From NCBI RefSeq assembly GCF_022539665.2, contig NC_081332.1:992001-1056000 (forward strand): DNA of 64,000 nucleotides, in the 5' to 3' direction. Positions 1 through 10,918 of the stretch are shown piece after piece. The position numbers and the translations under genes were made by a program. Under the pieces are notes generated by a model, which saw only the letters and a program-made list of their open reading frames with translations, had not been told where the DNA came from and did no database searches. Every line of letters starts with the position of its first letter. Position 1 is the first letter of the stretch. The DNA is from Daphnia carinata (Eukaryota).

Positions 1-2094
1 CGGTCACAATCGGCTGGCAAACAAGTGTTGAAATCATATGATGTATCAAATGTAAAAAAAGACTGCGATGGCAAGTCGGTCAGCTGATTGAGAGACAGTT
101 GGCGCCCTCGACGGGAGTGCATCAACCAAGACCCAATCGCCCAGTGTAAAGCAGATAGTTCATCGATGGCTGTGCTGCGTTTGAATGCAATTCATAACGG
201 AAGAAGTTATCTGTTCTTTTTCCAGGTTAGTTTTTAGATATATTTTTTTTTGCCTTCGTTTTGCATGTATCATCGTACAATGGCATCTCAGAAGGGCCTA
301 AAATCTCGGGCTCTCCTCTCTCCCAGTTATTTGGCTGTGATTTTTTTTTGAAATTGCAACCGTTTATTTTTTGTTTTCCTTTGATTGATTTGCGAGAAAT
401 CCTTTAAAATGATGCAGTGTGAGAATGCGCCGATTCCGTCTTTTTCGCCCATTAATGGTCGGCCTTATCTTCCAGACCTTTTTTTTTTCTGGCCACATTT
501 CGCCATTTTGGCGCCATTTTTGCTTCGATGGCGCCATAGAATGAGGGGTATCGTTGACACTGTATTGCTCGAACTGACGAACAATGCAAGTGGTCTGTGT
601 TTTTGTTAGAAGTGGGGAAACATAATCTGTTTTCTCAATCATCAAATGGCTTGGCAGAATCGTTTGAACAACAATCACTATTTCTTGCCAACTTCATTTG
701 ATTGATTTTTCGCATTTTGTTTTCCCTAACTTTTGAAAACAGAACAATGGCCGAAACAGTTGACCGCCATTGGTGACTGGTGGTTCTTAACAGCGATTCA
801 ACGCTCCCACTAGCTAAGCAATAAATCGTGCCATTTTGAACTATTCAGAAGGAATGGGAAAATGTTGCCAGACTTGAGCGAATATTTGTTTCATTTTTTT
901 TTTTTTACATTTAAAAAATACCATTAATACGTATACATTGATATTTATCTAGTGTATCCAAATTTTTAAAACCCATTGCCATAAAAACATTTTGCTTTAC
1001 GTACGAGATCGTTAAAACTTAAAAATTTGACAGCGTCGAATACGGATAGCATGCGATCTACGTGGCCCATGGCCATAGGCCGGCCAAACTTGGTCAGCCA
1101 TGTGTGCGTCACAGAATAGTTCCGCCAGAAGCTATCTGTGTAAGTAAGCTGTGGGTTTCTGCTTCTTAACATAATAAAGTGAAAGTTGTATGTTGCTTTT
1201 GTTCGAAAATTTCAAAAAAAAGCAACATCAACTAAGAGTCAGTTAATTCCTTTAGGTATGGTCATATTAGCTCTACCTTTCTCTGGAAATCCACAGTCTT
1301 CATTAACTTGCTCCATTAACCTCCTAATCCTAATAAGTATATAGTGATCCTATTCGCGCCATCAAGGGGAAATCCTGCGTTTAAAGGTAGGACAAAAAAA
1401 AAAGAACTACGTTAAATTTTACAATCTTAGAATTATTGGGTCGCCTTACATCCAAAAAATGAGGTAATTTTAAGGGTATATATCATTTGGACACCTAAAA
1501 TTTTGATCTTTTTGACAAGACGAATGCAAACGAGATACGAATCATAACTAACGGTTACGCAAAAAAAAAAGCTCTTCTAGTACGCCAAACACATTTTGTA
1601 GAAGATGGGTCGGAGGATCCTTGTCATATTTTCCTTGTAAACAAATAACGCCAATTCATTTGTAACACAATGGTTTGAAATATCCATCATTCCAATTTGA
1701 AAGTAGAAATAATTAGATGATGGATGAAGTAATTCAAAGGTGAATATTTACCGATCAATCATCTTCTATGTAGGTTACGTACCTAATAAAGAACGAGACC
1801 TTGTTCCAACCCAGTACCGAAAAAAGAGGATAAGACCTGTTTCGTGGACAGAATGACCGTGTCTCCCGCTTCATCTGTATGAATAATTTTTGTATAAATA
1901 CATCGTGCTACGTTATTTATTACAACAAAACGTTGTGGTCAAGTACAGCAGTTACACCTGTGATCGGTAAGAGTGACGCGGTAGGCATATTCTAAATTAT
2001 TTGCTTCTTTATTACCAAAAAAATTGCACATGTTTATTCGGCTAAAAGTAAATGTTTCTCTTTTTTGAATAACACCTACCTTACTAGATTGAAA

Positions 2095-4517
2095 ATGACA
2101 ATTATCAACGGGGAACTCATAGGTGAGGGAACACTTAGCGACGCCAACCTCCAGCACCCGAATGTACCATTGGGTACCTATCTCGAATCCGTGATTCAGA
2201 AGAATATTGCTAATTATGGAGATGGGAAATGGCTCGTAAGGCTTCATGGAACTTACTTTACGTTAATGAAAATTAACGTTATTTTACTATCTTTCAGACC
2301 GATGTTTCAACAGGTAAATCAATGACGTACAGTCAACTGATGAGCAGTCTCAGGTCAGTGGCTTCAGCATTACGAAAAAGAGGCCTAAAAACTGGTGACA
2401 ATGTAGTTGTTACCGGTCGCAATGATATTGAACTTCCACTCATGTCGATGGCTGTATGGCGTGCTGGAGGCAACCAGGCCTGTCTCAGTGTCAACTTGCC
2501 TCGAGGTAAATGCGGATATTGATATTGAAAGTTGCCATTGGTTGCTCCTCTACATCTTTTTACCATGGATAGATGTCATCGAGGCTCGCATTAAGGAAAT
2601 CGGTAGCAAATTTATTTTCACAGATTATGCACGAGCTTGTCGAATCGTCGAAGTTGCTAAGCGGCTAGATTTCGTAAAAGAAGTGTTTGTAGTTGGAGAT
2701 GAAGCAGTGACTGGCTGTACTCAGTTTCATGAGTTATTGAAAGATGCTGGAAACGGTAAAGTTTCATTTATGTACTTAAAATAACTTGACATCTTTTTAA
2801 CTTCAGCTAAAATTCAATGTATTTTTTTTTTTTTTTGTAATTTGTCAACTATGAATTGCCGTGTTAACAGAATGCCCGGAAAATCTGGACGATGTTGACA
2901 TTAATTCGACGGCGTGGTTGGCTTATACGAGTGGCACAACAGGGACAGCGAAATGCGTTATGCTCTCGCACCGAACGGTGGTTGGATGGCATTTACCTTA
3001 CAAGTGAAACATGAAATTCCATTCAACAAAAAAAACTTTAGCTAATGTGTTTTTTTTATAATGAAGTACTCCCAGGATAGCAAGTAAAACCAAAATGGTT
3101 TTTGTCAATAACATGAACAACACTGGTGGATTGTGCACAGCCTTGGGATCAACAATATGCCACTTAGAACTGTACGGCATGTCAACTTTTAGTGAAGAGA
3201 CTTTGCTGTCAGCCATTGATTCTATTAAGGTATTTATCATTATTTTGTCAATGTTCCATTAAAAGATTGTTATTGTTTGTTATTCAATGAAAGCCTCCAG
3301 CAGTCAGCATGTTTCCAAATCATATTGCCTGGGTTTGCAAGTACCCCCATTTGAAGCAATATGATCTGTCAAGCGTCAAGATCGTCTCCGTAGTAGGATC
3401 CTTGTTAAACCCCAAATATGAACGCGAGATTTTCGACAAGCTTCCAAATTTGCTCGTAATCAATAACGTAAAGGATTCTGTAAACTCTCTAGCCAATGTA
3501 AATTATCAAGATTAACATTATTTTTATATAATTTACAATGCAGGTGTATGCCATGAGTGAAGTTGGAGTTGTATGTCGTCAGCGCCTACCAACTATGGCT
3601 GCACTGGACAAATCTATAGCCACCAAGAGTAAGTTAAAAGTAGAAGTAATTTTTTAAATAATTAGTTTTTATTGTAGCTGTACCAATTTTGAAAATTGAA
3701 GGGCATGTTTTTGGCTCAGCAGGGACAGTACACATGTTTTGCAAACTAAAGGTATTTGATTTGCCAATGTATGTATTGCCATTGTAAACCAATGGCTAAG
3801 CATTTATTATTTCTGCAATATATTAGGTGATTAATCCAGATACTGGTGATAAACTTGGCCCAAATCAAGTAGGAGAAATCTGTGTGCAAACTCCATTTAT
3901 GCTCACAGGGTATCTCAACAAGCCAGAAGTATGACATCATAATAAAGATTTATTTTTCTGCTAGTATTGATGTAATGTTTGACCTTTGTAGGAAACTGCC
4001 AATTTCCTTAGAGAAGGATGGGCTTATACAGGGGATAAAGGATACTACGATGATAATGAACAAGTTTTTATTGTTGGACGCTACAAGGAACTGATAAAAT
4101 TTCGCAATATCAACGTAAAAAAGATAATCCACTATTTAATTTTAATTGATTAAAAGTAAACATTTGCTTTGACCAATAACAGGTATTACCAAGCAACATT
4201 GAAAGTCAAATAGTAAGTCATCCTGCTGTCGAAGATGCAGCAGTCGTGGGTTTACGTCACGACGAGGATGGGGAACGGCCATTGGCTTTCGTCGTCTTAT
4301 CTGCAAAGAAAGAAGTTTCGGCTGATGAATTGATGGCTTATGTAAACGGTGGGTTTCACCGTTACCTTGGCTATTAGGTTGCTTTATTTCTGGTGTTCTT
4401 CTAGATAAAGTTATGGATGAAGAAAAATTACGTGGTGGGCTCCGCTTCATTGAGAAAATTCCAAGAAATGATTTGGGCAAAATAATCCGGCCTGAACTGA
4501 TGAAGATTTTAAAATAA
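2095..4517 (+). CDS. Luciferase-like / 4-coumarate-CoA-ligase-like acyl-CoA synthetase (ANL adenylate-forming superfamily), multi-exon
   Basis: Spliced exons with GT-AG introns give the AMP-binding P-loop AYTSGTTGTAKCV (~2921-2960), VYAMSE (YGxTE-like), GEICV, GWAYTGDKGYYD, VGRYKELIK, HPAVEDAAVVG and IPRNDLGKIIR (catalytic Lys). ATG at 2095, stop TAA at 4515-4517. The C-terminus ...MKILK has no SKL-type PTS1. Confidence 0.9.
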
Positions 4518-6536
4518 ATTTCACCTTTTGGTCTGGACTCTTTACCTAATACCAATTGGTCATGAAAAATTTAACTACACGCACTGCATACTTTTCTGAG
4601 TGTGGTGGATGATTACGTGAATTTTTTTTTGGAACAGTTCCAGCAAAAATCACTATCTCTCAAGCATCTGTCTCATAAATATGGCTTCTGTGCATCATTG
4701 TTAGCTTAGTCCTCAATTGAAGTTTTATTTTTTTTTCCTTCATTTTGGTTTGCTCTTTGTTAATCAAATTGATTTTCCCGCGCATTAAGATGTTTTAAAA
4801 TAAATCGTAGTCGTTTTACAACAATGACTTTGAATTTGGATAACTCCTTAACTATATTTTAAAGTGAAAACAAACTGAATTATCGACATCATCGTTAAAT
4901 TGCGAGTTTACATCGTGTTTGTGTGGCAATATCTGGTTTGTAAAACATTAATAAATAAAAAGAGGTGTAGTGTGGCTTATTTGAAGATCTGACGAAATTA
5001 AATTTTCTCTAGATGGCGATGCAAGTCCATCAGCCCTAGTGTCAAAAATCGAACAAATTTTGTGCCTTTTTCTCGTGATGTTTATTGTTCAACATGTATT
5101 TGTTGCGTTAGGAAGGTGTATTTGAGGTTCCATCATCTCAACAGTGTTTTGTTTTGGTTTTTTCATTGTGGTTTTTACCTCTACCCAAAGGATTGTGTTA
5201 TAACAACCACTTCGAATTTGGATAACTCTAAAACTATAACTTCCAGGTAAACCCAAATTGAATTTTCGGCACCGCCGTTGAATTGCGAGTTCGAATCATG
5301 TATTTGTGTGGCAAAACTGATCTGTCATGTCATGTCATGTGTGAGAAGGCTATAAGACTTCCCACTTTTGTCGAAATCGGAAAAAATCGAAATCTCGGAA
5401 TGCGATGAAAATCCCACAGTATAACCCAATTTTAACGCTGATTCAGAAGAAGCCATTTGTTTTTCTGTGAAATAAGCCGTTTTTGAAATAATCGTCATTT
5501 AAAGATAAAATCGGGCTTATTTTTTTAGTCGGGCTTATTTTTTAGAACCCAACTTCTACCGTTTTTTGCGTTTTATTCAAAAACTATCTCGAGTCCCACG
5601 AGAAAACAACCCTCAGATTCGTGATGCAGGAAGGGACTGGTAGATGGCGGTAGTAGTAAAACAGAAAAAAGGGCAATATTTTTTATTTTGGGTAAAACGG
5701 ATTGCCATAAATCAAACTATTTTGTGCTCGTAGAAGTTCAATCAAATCAAATGGTGTGCTATTTCCAATTAAGTGTTTTCCTTTTTTGTGTTGATCAAGT
5801 GAAGCTCATCAATGGATTATTTTTTGTGTAACAGATAATTGTGTGGTGAACTATCATCATACTTACTACGTAACTTTATCATCAACTATCCATCATACTT
5901 TTCCCATGCTCGTTCAGAGGTACTGGATATATATATTTTACAATAAGAATCCCATTGCCATTATTCTGCTGTTGAGAAGTAGGTCGTTAAACCAATATTG
6001 CAAAGGATGCTGGCATGCCACCTTCTTGTCATTTCGACTGAGCCTTTCAAGTAGTGTGATTTTGAGTTGAAGAGTGAGGTATTAGACTCACATTTAGGCA
6101 TTCAGTTTTAAAATTGTCAAGGCTCAGCTTTTATTTTTAGCCCGCAACTAAAATTGCAAAGAATGCTGGCCAAAAAAGATCATTCTTCGCAAGCTCATCA
6201 TTGTATGTAAGTTTGAATGTGATGGGAAGTGCAGCATCTTCCTCACAACTGTGTTGAAAACGATTGAAAACCACAAGTTCAGCAGTCTTTTCACTATTTC
6301 TACCTTGCCAGTCACCAGACTTTGACATGAACCTCAACACCCTCATGCCTCAGTATTTTAAGTTTCTTTTTTCTTTAGTATTACTTTTTTAAAACTTAAT
6401 ATCTTATTATAGGACTACCAAGCCTGCGTCATCATCCGGTACATTGCTGGCCCTGAAAACTCCCCAGTCTACGGACAGCAAGCCTAAGTAAAAAAAAGCC
6501 CTTCTTCACCTCGCCCGTAATCGTTTTGCCGTCTCC

Positions 6537-6727
6537 CCGTCATCGCTTCGCCTGTCGTCCCGTCATCGCTTCGCCCGTCGTCTCGTCATCGCTTCGTCCG
6601 TCGTCTCGTCATCGCTTCGCCCGTCAACCCGTCATGGCTTCGCCCGTCAACCCGTCATGGCTTCGCCCGTCGTCCCGTCATCGTTTCGCCGTCGCCCCGT
6701 CATCGCCTCGCCCGTCATCCCGTCGCC
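6537..6727. repeat. GC-rich 23-bp minisatellite, ~8 copies (consensus CCGTCATCGCTTCGCCCGTCGTC)
   Basis: Tandem units with 1-3 substitutions are directly visible; they explain the low-complexity ORF 6526-6795. Confidence 0.9.
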
Positions 6728-6806
6728 GCCTAGTGGTCGCCTCGTCTTTGCCTCGTCGTCTTCGTGGTATCGTTGTTATTTTGTGTAATGTATAGTGTGC
6801 TAATTA

Positions 6807-7120
6807 ACAGGTTGGCTGCCACGCCCCTTTTTTCTCCCCTTTTTTTTTTAGCTCGATAGGGACGGGCCGCGCTGCTCTACTCCATGGTCTATGTGCCGTG
6901 GGGTGGAGCAGTCGCCACTGCCCAAGATTCGCCGTAAGGCGCACAGGCAATGCACCATAGGGCCTCCCTTTGTGGATGCGATGCTTGGTTGCCAGGGGGT
7001 GTGCATTCCCCTAATGGTTTCCAACATCGTGTCAGCCCGGACCATTGTGTCCCCTTTGGTCGCCATCCTTCAGATGGCGATGTAGCTACTGTAGTTTTAG
7101 GGGCGTGGCAGCCAACCTGT
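6807..7120. mobile_element. Non-autonomous Tc1/mariner MITE (~314 bp) with Himar1-like TIRs
   Basis: TIR ACAGGTTGGCTGCCACGCCCCT at 6807 and its exact reverse complement ending at 7120, flanked on both sides by TA. The first 12 nt match the Himar1 (irritans subfamily) terminus ACAGGTTGGCTG. Confidence 0.9.
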
Positions 7121-7258
7121 TAGTTGTATTGTGTATTGTATGTATGTTGTACATTGTATTGTTATGTAAAGTGGTGGAATAGTGGGTGGAAGGAGGGAAA
7201 ATAAAAGATTTTAACATTTATTTTATGTTTGTATTTATTTATGAGTATGTAGCTGATA

Positions 7259-8258
7259 GCTGATTAGGGGTTTGAACCCAAGACTATTGTGATGCTACTC
7301 CGACACTATACCATTAAGCTACCATTGACATTTCTTTATAAGTAGATAGTACTAAATAACCTTGTCTGCTGTGTGTACGTAGATACGAATTCAATTTAAA
7401 TCATTGTTAGTAAGGACCGTCATGGGTGAGCGGAACGCCGCTGGTTTGGCGTGTTAATAGTATGCGGTTCGATTCCTCAGAAAGCCTGAAATACACAAAC
7501 ATATAAATTGATTTATTAGTTATTTTATGAATGGTCGGCATAGGTTAACACAATAAATGTATAAATTTAATTTCGTTCACGTGAATCCGTTTTGTTATTA
7601 CGCGCAATTTAAATTTTGACATACGCAGTTTCCGTAAGCATGTTGATTATTGGTACCATTATCTCACGTTTAGCCCTGGTGGTCCTTACGACCAATGTAA
7701 GGTTAATATTTCCTATTAAATGCGCTTATGTTATTAATCGAATATCTGCTCATAGGGGAATCGAACCTTCATCTATCGGCATACTGTGCCGATGCTCAAC
7801 CATTGAGCTATGAGCCACGTATGTTTTGTTTCTACTTTTCATTGTCATTCAGGGGAACATATAAACACTTGTAATAATTTTGTTTAATGGCCCAGCAATA
7901 AATGTAAGGCTTGTTCATCTTTCAATTCAGTCGACTGGGAGTCGATCCCAATGCCTTCCGATTACTAATCCAATGCTCTACCACTCAGCCATGAATATTG
8001 TTTAAAATGTTCTACCAGTCCACGTCATTTGGAGATCAACTTCTGGGACTTGGAAATTTTTTGAATAATTATACTTCTTCCTGAGTGTGTTTGCGGCAAT
8101 TGATTTTGTTCACTTTCGTTTAACCTTTGCTGGTATCAGTAAATGTCACTCAGATGGAATAAACAAACGTTGGTACAAGAATTGTAATGTTAAGGATTTG
8201 CAAGGTTTGAACCTCTAACCTTTGGCTTCTGAATCAGATGCTTTACCATTTAGCCAAC
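7259..8258. repeat. Cluster of five degenerate tRNA-like (Pol III A-box/B-box) units
   Basis: Units at ~7259-7323(-), 7417-7480(+), 7748-7816(-), 7933-7991(-) and 8200-8258(-). Each has a TRGCNNANTGG-like A box and a GGWTCRANNCC-like B box at tRNA spacing; stems are imperfect. Confidence 0.65.
7748..7816 (-). pseudogene. Best-preserved tRNA-like unit (pseudo-tRNA, anticodon position AGT)
   Basis: Minus strand reads GGCTCA TA GCTC AATGGTT GAGC A TCGGC ACAGTAT GCCGA TAGAT GAAGG TTCGATT CCCCT ATGAGC. D and anticodon stems are perfect, but the T stem is mispaired, the acceptor stem is shifted and there is no U33. Confidence 0.55.
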
Positions 8259-10497
8259 GACACATAACATTAATATTCTTCCACATGATTGAGGTGGATG
8301 GATTTCACGGACATTAAAAAAACATTTTTCTGGATTCACTACAATCATTTAAATTTTCAAAGTCCTCGAAATCTTTTCTTTCCCCCTGTTAGGATTTATA
8401 AATCTTGATTTTTCCACTCTTCATATTTTATTTTCTCACGTAGAAAACAGATCACCGAAACTTGCCTTCGACATTGATATCAAATTGTATTAGATATTTT
8501 ACCAAGTAAATAGTTTCTTACAGAGTTGAAAAATAGTATTACGTACTTTGTTAACTATAAATGTATTTCAAAAATTCTTCCTTCTTGTTCTTATTAATGT
8601 CAATTAGTTTTTACTTCTGTTAACTCAGATTTCCTTACATCAGGTGCTTTTTTTTAACATTTTAAATTACATCGAAGATTGTTTCATTTAAAGATTTGAA
8701 AATATCCCCATCAATATTTCTTTTCTCCAACATTTTGAATGTAATGATGACGCGGACCACTTAGCAGGATTACATACTTCGACAATAATTTTTCTTACAA
8801 TGCTTATTCATATGGATTTGAATGCATCACACGCTGAACATACTTCACCATTTTTAAAAATTTCGGTCATTTGTTAATTAATTCATGATCGTATCGTTTT
8901 TCCCCAATTTGTTACACGTTTTAAAATCTCTTATCAAACTATTACTATCTTTGACGAACTTCAGTATTGTAAGCTGCTTTTAATTTCTCATGACAATTAT
9001 TGAAAACCCTAAACCCCTAACGTCATATTGCCTGACAGCCAAAAGCAATAATATCCACATTTTTCGCAATTAACTGTCAACCAACTACGCTTGCAAAACA
9101 CCCGGAAAAATATTAATTGTGGAAACGGAGTTTACCATTCTACACGATGTTTCCTTACTTACCCCGTTATTACCAATTTACTGCTTTCAATTTGTTACAA
9201 CTTGTTTTCTTACTTACCACGTTACCAACGCTTTAAACCTGCTAACCAATTTATTTCAATTCCCTTTCTGCAAACCAAAGCAATTCCTAAAAGTAAAATC
9301 GTTAGTTAATATTCCATTTCATCCAAAAAAATAATATTTCGTGATACTAAATTAACACAACAAACCTGTGGCTTCGTGAAAGATAATAATGGATTAGTAA
9401 TAACAACTCAAGCTGCTAACCAACGGCCAGCCACGGGATGGCGATTGGAAAACAACCATGAAACTATCAAACATTTTACAAATTTTGATTGCACAGAATT
9501 CTCACATGAATTATTTAAATTTTAATAACTTCTCATTTTTTTTGACGGCTTTGGCATTACAGGGCCTCAACTTTTCAGCGTAATTGGTTTAATATGTTCA
9601 AAGGAATCGAACGTTTTTCTTCTACCTTCTTAATTCTCGATAACTTTCCTATTCATATATCAGCCTTTCAAATCTACATACTAAAAAAAAAAAACAATAG
9701 GTTAGTTTATACAATATCTCACTCTTCAAATAGCAAAGTTCGTTTTTAAACACCAACTGCCATCAAGACGACGGTCATGTCAATGCCTCCATCGACGTGT
9801 TATTAGCCCCTATGCAAAAGAAAATAATCTATTCAAAAGAATGACGTACATCTGACACTGTCCCAAATCCAACGTGTCACATCAACAGAACATAACACTT
9901 CAAACATCCTATTAACATCACGTCCCATCTTCCGCATTGGCCAACTCAACGGATACATACAGCTAGTCAGTGTCATGGACGATGTGTTCGAACTGAAACA
10001 CTTACCGAGAACAGTGCAAGTAATGCGTTGATACCTCCACTAGCCTAATTGCTGATGATTAATCCACGAAACTCCAATCGCCTAACAATTGGTCCGACTA
10101 TATGAATATTATTGTCCCCTCCATTAGACAGAAAAATACCTGTTTTAAATATCGTTGGAATATGACCATCTGCTTGAAAAAGATTAAGTCTTCGGCCGAC
10201 AAAACAGCAACAAGAGGCATGAAAACATTCAATTATTTTTCAAATAAATATGTACCTTTTTCATCGCTCATAACTTCGATACAGCAAACCGGAATTTTCA
10301 AATCTCCACAGTAGTTAATTCCGCAACAACCATCGGTTTAAGTAAAATATTTACAAGTACATTGCACACATAGTGAAATATTGTAAATTAACACCTACCC
10401 TACGAATTAGTAATAGTATAATATTTGATAGGAAAAGTAGTATTTGGTAGTTTAACCCTAATGAAACCAATTCACCCAACAATAAGTTAGACCCAGC

Positions 10498-10918
10498 CAG
10501 ACTTGCCGCGATCGCGATCATCGATCACGATTAAAAAAACGATCGCCGATCAAATCTTTACATTTTGATTTGATCGGCGATCAAAAAACTCGTTGATCGA
10601 CAGCGATCATTTTTGCGATTGAAGTCAGCGCCACCAAACGTAAAAACTTATGATTCATATAAATTTTTGCTAAAAAGTTTTGCTGAGGATGCTGTTTATC
10701 CTTTTTCGCAGCAGACGCCTTTTTGGTCGCCATTGACTTGAAATGGTGACAGTTTAGTATAAATTTCCACCACTAGATTTCGCCCCAAAATGATAGCAAT
10801 CGCTGAAATTTTATCGCCGATCAAATCATATTGAAAAAATCGAATCACCAATCAAAATCAATCAGTGATGATTTGATCGGCGATCAAAATCGAAAAAACA
10901 ATCGCAACGGCAAGTCTG
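10498..10918. mobile_element. hAT-type MITE (421 bp)
   Basis: Termini CAGACTTGCCG...CGGCAAGTCTG; 8-bp target-site duplication GACCCAGC (10490-10497) / GAACCAGC (10919-10926); multiple subterminal GATCGCCGATCAAATC motifs in both orientations. Confidence 0.85.

Noticed and set aside
1..1900. Short ORFs in the first 1.9 kb
   Set aside because: No recognisable motifs or consistent splice structure.
4815..5320. Diverged ~115-bp direct repeat (~4818-4935 vs ~5199-5320) as possible LTRs
   Set aside because: No TG...CA ends, PBS or internal ORF; it looks like an old local duplication.
6526..6795. 89-aa Arg/Ser/Pro-rich ORF
   Set aside because: A by-product of the 23-bp minisatellite.
7748..7816. 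Functional tRNA-Thr(AGT)
   Set aside because: Mispaired T stem, shifted acceptor stem and no U33; kept only as tRNA-like.
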